Shown piece after piece: positions 19,210 through 29,900 of a DNA stretch of 64,000 nt; positions within the stretch are counted from its first letter, which is position 1, and each line of letters begins with the position of its first letter. The stretch comes from Eledone cirrhosa (Eukaryota). The notes below the pieces were generated by a model that ran no database searches, was not told the origin of the DNA, and worked only from the letters and a program-made list of their open reading frames with translations. Made by a program: the position numbers and the translations under genes. The stretch is taken from the NCBI GenBank assembly GCA_964016885.1, contig OZ024740.1, forward strand, positions 11,284,001 to 11,348,000, written 5' to 3'.

Positions 19210-20665
19210 AAATAACAGGAGGCTGGACTGGTGTAAATCCTTGAAAAGTTTATTCTACTATGATCATTTCAATGACCGGGTTCCATATGAATCCGGTGAT
19301 ATCATCAGGTATTGGAATATAACAAAGGAATATGTAAAAAGCCATGGGTCCGAGAAACCAAAGACAGAAAGGACGGCTGACCAACTAGCTTCGCAGCCAG
19401 CCGCCCTCAAAGTGATTGACCTTTGAGGTGCTTCAACTTTCATGGTACTTTGTTTCGTGTGGGGAGACAACAGTGGCCAACAGTATTCAAGGTGGGGTCG
19501 AGCAAAAGTGGAGAAAAGAAGGATAACAGTGTGGATATCTTGCTACTGGAAAGTTCTGAGAATCCAGGAACACATTCTGCGGGCCTTACCAACTTTGCTG
19601 TTTATATGAGTGGCCCAGCTTGTGTTGTTGTCCACAATTACTCCCAAGTCACTGATGTTGTTGGATGCCATGAGAGTTTCACCTGAAGGAAGGGAGTATG
19701 GAGTTTCGGGGCATCATCTTTTCCAAAGTGGATTAACTCAAATTTATCCTCATTCAGTAGCATGTTGTTCTTTTCCGCCCATTGGATAACAACTAGTAGA
19801 TCATATTGGAGACATATCCTGTCAACCACGCCATTGATGACTTTCTGGAGCTGGAATCATCTGCGAAGATTCTTATGTTGCTGTGCAGATGATGTCAGTA
19901 ATGTCATTTATGTAGATGATGAAAAGAAGTGGGCTCAACACGGTGCCTTGTAGGACACCACTGCTGACTTTGGCTGGGCTTGATTTTACTCCTTCGACAA
20001 CATGTTGGTTCTGTCTGTCAGGAAACATTTGATCCACTGTAGTAACTTTCCAGAGACACCAATGTTGGATAGTTTTTTCAGTGGGATGTTGTGATCAACC
20101 CTGTCAAAGGCCTTGCTGAAATCAAGGTAGATGACACCAGTGTTGGAACCCTCTCCCAAATATCTGAAAATGTCATCAAAGTGATGCAGTACCTGCGTTA
20201 GGCAATCCCTCCCATTACGGAACCCATGCTGGTTGGAGTTTAACAGATTGTTGCTTTCAAGAAAGTGAGTTATTCGTGATCTCACCACCCTCTCAAATAC
20301 CTTGATGATATGAGGGGTAAGTGAGATCGGACGGTAATTCACGGCAAGGGATTTCTTTCCCTTTTTGAAATCTGAGACAACAGACTGGGACAGAAAGTTT
20401 TCTGGTATATAGCCAGCATCCAGGAAGATGCAAGAGAAGATGCAAGTTGGTGTCGATACACCTTCAGGACACAAGCAGGGAACCTATTGGAGCCTACTGC
20501 TGAATTGTGTTTAGTTTTTTTTATTGCCGCTAAGACATCAGGGGCGCCAAACGTTATAGAGTCTTGGGGATTAACATCACTGATACAGCCCAGATCGGCC
20601 ATATCAGGATTGCTGAAAACAGAACAGTATTGTTTCTGCAGTATCTCACCCATGGTTTTAGCAAT
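19210..20665 (-). mobile_element. Degenerate CR1-clade LINE RT fragment
   Basis: NYRPISLT, QHGFRNGR, YLDFSKAFDRVDH, SGVLQGTVLSPLLFIIYIND, IFADD and LNEDKFELIHFG, spread over several frames. Bounded by (TA)n and (TATG)n. Confidence 0.85.
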
Positions 20666-21113
20666 GTTTGTACATAGGTACATACGTACGTATGTATGTA
20701 TGTATGTATGTATGTATGTATGTATGTATGTATGTATGTATGTATGTACGTGTGTGTATGTATGTGTGTGTGGTGTCAGCACCATGCCTGAGGCAGAAAA
20801 TCCAAAAGCTGAACAATAACAGGGATAATTAAGGCGGGTCTTTGTTGATAAAATTACATTGGAACTATCTGTTATGCTGTTGCTAATTACCAGCTTGCCT
20901 TCATCTCACCTAGGGCTCTATCGTGATGGCGGCCAATGTCTTGGTGTTGCTCTTGTTGTTGTTGTTTAGCCCTCGGTCGATCTTGTTTCGCTAGATTATG
21001 ATAATCAGAAGCGCTGGCGATGTGATCATCAAAGGTTTCTTATGTGTGCATGTGCGTATGTGTGTGTGTGACTGTTAAGATATATTTATGTGTGTGTGGT
21101 GTGTGTGTGTGTG

Positions 21114-21154
<41 letters not shown>

Positions 21155-21156
<2 letters not shown>

Positions 21157-21590
21157 CGAGGGTCGTCTGCAAAGTTCATAGTCTGACTATGAAAGAGTAA
21201 TGTTAGAGCCGTGAAATCTTGCATGCATTAATTTTAACTCTTCTTATTGATAACTGCCTGGGGGTGGTGGATTGGCAGTATCGGTAGAGCGTCAGACACC
21301 ATGCTTTGCAGCATAGCGTTATGGTCCCTTATGTTCTGAGTTCAATTCCTGCCACGGTTAGCTTTGCCTTTCGTCCTTACGGGGGTTGATAAAATAAAGC
21401 ACCAGTAATGTACTGGGGTTGATTTAATCGACTTTCCCCTTCCCCCCAAATTGCTGGCCTTGTGCCCATAGTAGAAATCATTAATAACTGCATTATTTCT
21501 TTCCAAGGACTGTGTCGAAATATAAACCTCATTTGGTCATTCCATGAAAGTATCTTGGTCAGCCTATGAACTTTTTAGTTGACCCTTGTA
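21155..21590. mobile_element. Tc1/mariner-type MITE with TA-flanked TIRs, interrupted by a SINE
   Basis: Left TACGAGGGTCGTCTGCAAAGTTCATAGTCTGAC; reverse complement of right end TACAAGGGTCAACTAAAAAGTTCATAGGCTGAC. Resembles irritans/Hsmar2-type termini. Confidence 0.8.
21258..21479 (+). mobile_element. tRNA-derived SINE (family 1, copy 1)
   Basis: A-box-like TGGCAGTATCGG, B-box GAGTTCAATTCC, core GCCTTTCGTCCTTACGGGGGTTGATAAAATAA. TSD ATT(G/A)ATAACTGC at 21246-21257 and 21480-21491. Confidence 0.85.
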
Positions 21591-22133
21591 TATCTAGGAT
21601 TAACAAATGTTCTTTAGTTCCTATCGCTCCGTATGATAGGCTTCCTTGCGCTCCATCTCCCCACCCTTCTCAAAACCGGTCAAAAACCAGTGAATCAGTG
21701 TCAAGGAGGAGTAGGTGTCCGTAACACGGGATAAGGGTTCATTTCAAGTACTGTTAGCCTGTGGGCATCAAGTTAGTCCATTCTTCAAAGGAACATTAGA
21801 TAAGGCTATGTCCAGTATTACAGATACTGTCTATCTAGGGTTAGATTTAGACCCTGGAGACCCGGAGTACTTCAAGTTTTGGGGACCCCTCATACATAAA
21901 ACATTAGAATACACAGCAAACCCCCCAATTTTACTTATTAAAGTTAGCTTGGTACAAGTAATTGGAATTGAAAAGTTATACATACAGGTATTAAATTCAA
22001 AAAATGTTAACCATCCTAAAGCTAAAAAGCCCAGCTGAGGGCACAAATAAATTGCTATGGCCGTGGCTGGAACCGTGCAGGGGGCCCGGGGCAATTGCCC
22101 CCTTTGCCCCTCATTAAATCCAGCCGTGCATCC

Positions 22134-22275
22134 AACAAGCTTCCAAACAGTTTCCGTCCACCCAATTTCAATCCCAATGTTTCGGCCTACTCGAGGCTAT
22201 TGTAAATGACTTGCACAAGAGGTCACACACTAGTATCTAGCCCGGGCCTCATGATTTTAAAGGGAACAGCCACCC
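22134..22275 (-). mobile_element. Degenerate SINE fragment (second family)
   Basis: AGCTTCCAAACAGTTTCCGTCCACCCAATTTCA...GAGGCTATTGTAAATGACTTGCACAAG resembles the reverse complement of a common octopus tRNA-SINE body. Recognised from memory, not searched. Confidence 0.55.
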
Positions 22276-22369
22276 TTGCTTCCAACACATTATGCAATCT
22301 TCTGCTATAAGGGCATCTGCTTCTCTGAACAATATGTGTCACCTCCATTTAAGCTCATCCCATGTTATG

Positions 22370-23270
22370 CCACCCGTCTTTCCCTCTCCCACCACCCCTA
22401 CTGTTCATCCCCCACCCCCACCACCCGTCTTTCCCTCTCCCACCACCCCTACTGTTCATCCCCCACCCCACCACCCGTCTTTCCCTCTCCCACCACCCCT
22501 ACTGTTCATCCCCCACCCCACCACCCGTCTTTCCCTCTCCCACCACCCCTACTGTTCATCCCCCACCCCACCACGCGTCTTTCCCTCTCCCACCACCCCT
22601 ACTGTTCATCCCCACCCCACCACGCGTCTTTCCCTCTCCCACCACCCCTACTGTTCATCCCCCACCCCCACCACCCGTCTTTCCCTCTCCCACCACCCCT
22701 ACTGTTCATCCCCACCCCACCACGCGTCTTTCCCTCTCCCACCACCCCTACTGTTCATCCCCCACCCCACCACGCGTCTTTCCCTCTCCCACCACCCCTA
22801 CTGTTCATCCCCCACCCCACCACGCGTCTTTCCCTCTCCCACCACCCCTACTGTTCATCCCCACCCCACCACGCGTCTTTCCCTCTCCCACCACCCCTAC
22901 TGTTCATCCCCCACCCCCACCACCCGTCTTTCCCTCTCCCACCACCCCTACTGTTCATCCCCACCCCACCACGCGTCTTTCCCTCTCCCACCACCCCTAC
23001 TGTTCATCCCCCACCCCCACCACCCGTCTTTCCCTCTCCCACCACCCCTACTGTTCATCCCCCACCCACCACCCGTCTTTCCCTCTCCCACCACCCCTAC
23101 TGTTCATCCCCACCCCACCACGCGTCTTTCCCTCTCCCACCACCCCTACTGTTCATCCCCACCCCACCACGCGTCTTTCCCTCTCCCACCACCCCTACTG
23201 TTAATCCCCCACCCCACCACGCGTCTTTCCCTCTCCCACCACCCCTACTGTTAATCCCCCACCCACCCCG
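22370..23270. repeat. ~50-bp C-rich minisatellite, ~18 copies
   Basis: Unit CCAC(C/G)CGTCTTTCCCTCTCCCACCACCCCTACTGTTCATCCCC(C)ACCCC(C)A, 49-51 bp. Confidence 0.96.
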
Positions 23271-23311
23271 ATACTGTATCAAACATTGGTTAACAGAGAT
23301 TATTCTCCAGA

Positions 23312-23501
23312 CGGCGGTGGATTGACAGCAGCGTCGGTAGAGCGTCGGACGCCATGCTTTGCGAAATAGAGTTACGTCCCTTTATGTTCAGAGTTCAAAT
23401 CCTGCCGAGGTTAACTTTGCCTTTCATCCTTGCGGGGTCGATAAAATAAAGTACCAGTAATACACTGTGTAATTGCTGGCCTTGTGCCAAAAGTAGAAAC
23501 A
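23312..23501 (+). mobile_element. tRNA-derived SINE (family 1, copy 2, internally deleted)
   Basis: Homologous to 21258-21479. B-box GAGTTCAAATCC. TSD ATTATT(C/T)TCCAGA at 23299-23311 and 23502-23514. Confidence 0.85.
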
Positions 23502-23982
23502 ATTATTTTCCAGAACTGAAACACTATAATTCTCTTCCTTCTCTCACAAATGTTGATCTATGGATTCCTTAACTGACCGTTAATCTCACCAATCTGGGAG
23601 GGTTCAACAAAGGTCAAGGACACAGACCCCTTTTTTTTTTTTACCCTCTGGTATTCATAAATGAACCTTGCTCGGTTTCAACTATCAGTGTACCAGCGGT
23701 TAGGCCAAATTAACAAAATAGCCACTATTACTAATGCATGTGTAGGATAAAAAGCGTGGAGGATTGGCGCTTAGAGCGAGGGAGGGGGCGGTAAAGAAAG
23801 GAACAGAGAGTAAGAAAATGGTTGACGTTAGGAAAGTGTGAGAGAGGGGGAAGGTTTGGGGATTGGTGGCATCTTTGAATGTCACCAGTTTGCCGTGAAA
23901 TATCGCAAAGACAGTTTTCCTTTGATGGGCAAAGGTTAAACAAGCAGGGGCGGAAGTTCGGTTTCGAATTGTTGCAGCAACT

Positions 23983-26900
23983 GTTGTTATTGATGTTGAT
24001 GTTGTTGGTAGTGTTGGTGTTGTTGTTGTTGTTGTTATTGATGTTGTTGTTGTTGGTAGTATTGGTGTTGTTGTTGATGTTGTTATTGATGTTGATGTTG
24101 GTAGTGTTGGTGTTGTTGTTGTTGTTGTTATTGATGTTGTTGTTGTTGGTAGTATTGGTGTTGTTGTTGATGTTGTTATTGATGTTGATGTTGGTAGTGT
24201 TGGTGTTGTTGTTGTTGTTGTTATTGATGTTGTTGTTGTTGGTAGTATTGGTGTTGTTGTTGATGTTGTTATTGATGTTGTTGTTGTTGGTAGTGTTGGT
24301 GTTGTTGTTGTTGTTATTGGTGTTATTGTTGTTGGTAGTATTGGTGTTGTTGTTGTTGTTATTGATGTTGTTGTTGGTAGTATTGGTGTTGTTGTTGTTG
24401 TTGTTATTGATGTTGTTGTTCTGGTAGTGTTGGTGTTGTTGTTGTGGTTGTTGTTATTGATGTTGTTGTTGTTGGTAGTATTGGTGTTGTTGTTGTTGTT
24501 ATTGATGTTGTTGTTGTTATTGATGTTGTTGTTGGTAGTGATGTTGTTGTTGTTGGAGGTAGTGATGTTGTTGTTGCTGTTGGTCGTGATGTTGTTGTTG
24601 GTAGTGATGTTGTTGTTGTTGGAGGTAGTGATGTTGTTGTTGTTGGAGGTAGTGATGTTGTTGTTGTTGGAGGTAGTGATGTTGTTGTTGTTGTTGGTAG
24701 TGATGTTGTTGTTGTTGTTGTTGGTAGTGATGTTGTTGTTGTTGGTAGTAATGTTGTTGTTGTTGGTCGTGATGTTGTTGTTGGAGGTAGTGATGTTGTT
24801 GTTGTTGTTCTTGTTGTTTGTCGTGATGTTGTTGTTGTTGGAAATAGTGATGTTGTTGTTGTTGGAGGTAGTGATGTTGTTGTTGTTGGTAGTGATGTTG
24901 TTGTTGGAGGTAGTGATGTTGTTGTTGTTGTTTGTCGTGATGTTGTTGTTGTTGGAGGTAGTGATGTTGTTGTTGTTGGAGGTAGTGATGTTGTTGTTGT
25001 TAGTAGTGATGTTGTTGTTGTTGGAGGTAGTGATGTTGTTGTTGTTGGAGGTAGTGATGTTGTTGTTGTTGGAGGTAGTGATGTTGTTGTTGTTGGAGGT
25101 AGTGATGTTGTTGTTGTTGTTTGTCGTGATGTTGTTGTTGTAGGAGGTAGTGATGTTGTTGTTGTTGGAGGTAGTGATGTTGTTGTTGTTGGAGGTAGTG
25201 ATGTTCTTGTTGTTGTTTGTCGTGATGCTGTTGTTGTTGGAGGTAGTGATGTTGTTGTGGTTGGAGGTAGTGATGTTGTTGTTGTTGGTAGTGATGTTGT
25301 TGTTGTTGTTGTTGGTAGTGATGTTGTTGTTGTTGGAGGTAGTGATGTTGTTGTTGTTGGAGGTAGTGATGTTGTTGTTGTTGTTGTTGTTGTTGGTAGT
25401 GATGTTGTTGATGTTGGAGGTAGTGATGTTGTTGTTGTTGGAGGTAGTGATGTTGTTGTTGTTGGAGGTAGTGATGTTGTTGTTGTTGTTGGTAGTGATG
25501 TTGTTGTTGTTGGAGGTTGTGATGTTGTTGTTGTTGGTAGTGATGTTGTTTTTGTTGGAGGTAGTGATGTTGTTGTTGTTGTTGGTAGTGATGTTGTTGT
25601 TGTTGGAGGTAGTGATGTTGTTGTTGTTGTTGGTAGTGATGCTGTTGTTGTTGGAGGTAGTGATGTTGTTGTTGTTGGAGGTAGTGATGTTGTTGTTGTT
25701 GTTGGTAGTGATGTTGTTGTTGTTGGAGGTAGTGATGTTGTTGTTGTTGGTAGTGATGTTGTTGTTGTTGGAGGTAGTGATGTTGTTGTTGTTGTTGGTA
25801 GTGATGTTGTTGTTGTTGTTGGAGGTAGTGATGTTGTTGTTGTTGGAGGTAGTGATGTTGTTGTTGTTGGAGGTAGTGTGGTCGTTGTTGTTGGAGGTAG
25901 TGATATTGTTGTTGTTGGAGGTAGTGATGTTGTTGTTGTTGGAGGTAGTGATGTTGTTGTTGTTGGTAGTGATGTTGTTGTTGTTGGAAGTAGTGATGTT
26001 GTTGTTGTTGGTAGTGATGTTGTTGTTGTTGGAAGTAGTGATGTTGTTGTTGTTGTTGGTAGTGATGTTGTTGTTGTTGTTGGTAGTGATGTTGTTGTTG
26101 TTGTTGGTAGTGATGTTGTTGTTGTTGTTGGTAGTGATGTTGTTGTTGTTGGTAGTGATGTTGTTGTTGTTGGAGGTAGTGATGTTGTTATAATTGTTGT
26201 TGGTAGTGATATTGTTGTTGTTGGAGGTAGTGATGTTGGTGTTGTTGGAGGTAGTGATGTTGTTGTTGTTGGAAGTAGTGATGTTGTTGTTGTTGTTGGT
26301 CGTAATGTTGTTGTTCGAAGTAGTGATGTTGTTGTTGTTGGAAGTAGTGATTTTGTTGTTGTTGGTAGTGATGTTGTTGTTGTTGGAAGTAGTGATGTTG
26401 TTGTTGTTGTTGTAGGTAGTGATGTTGTTGTTGTTGGAAGTAGTGATGTTGTTGTTGTTGGTAGTGATGTTGTTGTTGTTGGTAGTAATGTTGTTGTTGT
26501 TGTTGGTCGTGATGTTGTTGTTGGAAGTAGTGATGTTGTTGTTGTTGTTGTTGGTAGTAATGTTGTTGTTGTTGGAGGTAGTGATTTTGTTGTTGTTGGT
26601 AGTGATGTTGTTGTTGTTGTAGGTAGTGATGTTGTTGTTGTTGTTGTTGGAGGTAGTGATGTTGTTGTTGGAGGTAGTGATGTTGTTGTTGTTGGAGGTA
26701 GTAATGTTGTTGTTGTTGTTGTTGGTAGTGATGTTGTTGTTGTTGGTAGTGATGTTGTTGTTGTTGGTAGTAATGTTGTTGTTGTTGGAGGTAGTGATGT
26801 TGTTGTTGTTGGAGGTAGTGATGTTGTTGTTGTTGGTAGTGATGTTGTTGTTGCTGTTGTTGGAGGTAGTGATGTTGTTGTTGTTGGAGGTAGTGATGTT

Positions 26901-29900
26901 GTTGTTGTTGTTACTGATGTTTTTGTTGTTGGAGCTAGTGATGTTGTTGTTGTTGTTAGTGATGTTGTTGTTGTTGGAGGTAGTGATGTTGTTGTTGTTG
27001 GTAATGATGTTGTTGTTGGAAGTAGTGTTGTTGTTGTTGTTGGTAGTGATGTTGTTGTTGTTGGTAGTGATGTTGTTGTTGGAGGTAGTGATGTTGTTGT
27101 TGTTGTTGGTAGTGATGTTGTTGTTTTGGTAGTGATGTTGTTGTTGTTGTTGGTAGTGATGTTGTTGTTGTTGGAGGTAGTGAAATTGTTGTTGTTGGAG
27201 GTAGTGATGTTGTTGTTGTTGGAGGTAGTGATGTTGTTGTTATTGGAGGTAGTGATGTTGTTGTTGTTGTTGTTGTTGGAGGTAGAGATGTTGTTGTTAT
27301 TGTTGTTGGTATTAATGTTGTTGTTGTTGGAGGTAGTGATGTTGTTGTTGTTGGTAGTGATGTTGTTGTTGTTGGAGGTAGTGATGTTGTTGTTGTTGTT
27401 GTTGGTAGTGATGTTGTTGTTGTTGGAGGTAGTGATGTTGTTGTTGTTGTTGGTAGTGATGTTGTTGTTGTTGGTAGTGATGTTGTTGTTGTTGGAAGTA
27501 GTGATGTTGTTGTTGGTAGTGATGTTGTTGTTGTTGGAAGTAGTGATGTTGTTGTTGTTGTTGGTAGTGATGTTGTTGTTGTTGTTGGTAGTGATGTTGT
27601 TGTTGTTGTTGGTAGTGGTGTTGTTGTTGTTGGTAGTGATGTTGTTGTTGTTGGAGGTAGTGATGTTGTTGTTATTGTTGTTGGTAGTGATATTGTTGTT
27701 GTTGGAGGTAGTGATGTTGGTGTTGTTGGAGGTAGTGATGTTGTTGTTGTTGGAAGTAGTGATGTTGTTGTTGTTGTTGGTCGTAATGTTGTTGTTCGAA
27801 GTAGTGATGTTGTTGTTGTTGGAAGTAGTGATGTTGTTGTTGTTGGTAGTGATGTTGTTGTTGTTGGAAATAGTGATGTTGTTGTTGTTGTTGTAGGTAG
27901 TGATGTTGTTGTTGTTGGAAGTAGTGATGTTGTTGTTGTTGTTGGTAGTGATGTTTTTGTTGTTGGTAGTAATGTTGTTGTTGTTGTTGGTCGTGATGTT
28001 GTTGTTGGAAGTAGTGATGTTGTTGTTGTTGTTGTTGGTAGTAATGTTGTTGTTGTTGGAGGTAGTGATTTTGTTGTTGTTGGTAGTGATGTTGTTGTTG
28101 TTGTAGGTAGTGATGTTGTTGTTGTTGTTGTTGGTGGTAGTGATGTTGTTGTTGGAGGTAGTGATGTTGTTGTTGTTGGAGGTAGTAATGTTGTTGTTGT
28201 TGTTGGAGGTAGTGATGTTGTTGTTGTTGTTGTTGGTAGTGATGTTGTTGTTGTTGGTATTGATGTTGTTGTTGTTGGTAGTAATGTTGTTGTTGTTGGA
28301 GGTAGTGATGTTGTTGTTGTTGGAGGTAGTGATGTTGTTGTTGTTGGTAGTGATGTTGTTGTTGTTGTTGTTGTTGGAGGTAGTGATGTTGTTGTTGTTG
28401 TTGGTAGTGATGTTGTTGTTGTTGTCGGTAGTGATGTTGTTGTTGTTGGAAGTAGTAATGTTGTTGTTGTTGGAGGTAGTAGTGTTGTTGTTGTTGTTGG
28501 TAGTGATGTTGTTGTTGTTGGAGGTAGTGATGTTGTTGTTGTTGTTACTGATGTTTTTGTTGTTGGAGCTAGTGATGTTGTTGTTGTTGTTGTTAGTGAT
28601 GTTGTTGTTGTTGGAGGTAGTGATGTTGTTGTTGTTGGTAATGATGTTGTTGTTGGAAGTAGTGTTGTTGTTGTTGTTGGTAGTGATGTTGTTGTTGTTG
28701 GTAGTGATGTTGTTGTTGGAGGTAGTGATGTTGTTGTTGTTGTTGGTAGTGATGTTGTTGTTTTGGTAGTGATGTTGTTGTTGTTGTTGGTAGTGATGTT
28801 GTTGTTGTTGGAGGTAGTGAAATTGTTGTTGTTGGAGGTAGTGATGTTGTTGTTGTTGGAGGTAGTGATGTTGTTGTTATTGGAGGTAGTGATATTGTTG
28901 TTGTTGTTGTTGTTGGAGGTAGAGATGTTGTTGTTATTGTTGTTGGTATTAATGTTGTTGTTGTTGGAGGTAGTGATGTTGTTGTTCTAGGAGGTAGTTT
29001 TGTTGTTGTTGGAGGTAGTGATGTTGTTGTTGGTGGTAGTGATGTTGTTGTTGTTGGAGGTAGTGATGTAGTTGTTGTTGGTAGTGATGTTGTTGTTGTT
29101 GGAGGTAGTGATGTTGTTGTTGTTGGAGGTAGTGATGTTGTTGTTGGGGGTAGTAATGTTGTTGTTGTTGGAGGTAGTGATGTTGTTGGTGTTGGAAGTT
29201 GTGATGTTGTTGTTGTTGGAGGTAGTGATTTTGTTGTTGTTGGAGGTGGTGATGTTGTTGATTGTTGGTAGTGATGTTGTTGTTGTTGGAAATAGTGATG
29301 TTGTTGTTGGAGGTAGTGATGCTGTTGTCGTTGGAGGTAGTGATGTTGTTGTTGTTGGAGGTAGTGATGTTGTTGTTGTTGTTGTTGGAGGTAGTGATGT
29401 TGTTGTTTTGGTAGTGATGTTGTTGTTGTTGGAGGTAGTGATGTTGTTGTTGTTGTTGTTGGTAGTGATGTTGTTGTTGTTGGAGGTAGTGATGTTGTTG
29501 TTGTTGTTGGTAGTGAAGTGATTTGTTGTTGTTTTTGGTATTGATGTTGTTGTTGGTAGTGATGTTGTTGTTGGAGCTAGTGATGTTGTTGTTGTTGGTA
29601 GTGATGTTGTTGTTGTTGGAGGTAGTGATGTTCTTGTTGTTGTTAGTGATGTTGTTGTTGTTGTCGGTAGTTATGTTGTTGTTGTTGGAGGTAGTGATGT
29701 TTTTGTTGTTGTTGGTAGTGATGTTGCTGTTGTTGGTAGTGATGTTGTTGTTGTTGGAAGTAGTGATGTTGTTGTTGTTGTTGGTAGTGATGTTGTTGTT
29801 GTTGTAATTAGTGATGTTGTTGTTGTTGGTAGTTATGTTGTTGTTGTTGTTGGTAGTGATGTTGTTGTTGTTGTTGGTAGTGATGTTGTTGTTGTTGTTG

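Noticed and set aside
13593-19211. [12 protein letters not shown] ORFs
   Set aside because: Translations of (TA)n, (TG)n and (TATG)n microsatellites.
22276-23325. Pro/His-rich ORFs in three frames
   Set aside because: Translations of the 50-bp minisatellite.
21258-23501. tRNA genes
   Set aside because: The A/B boxes belong to SINE heads with TSDs, and no cloverleaf can be formed.
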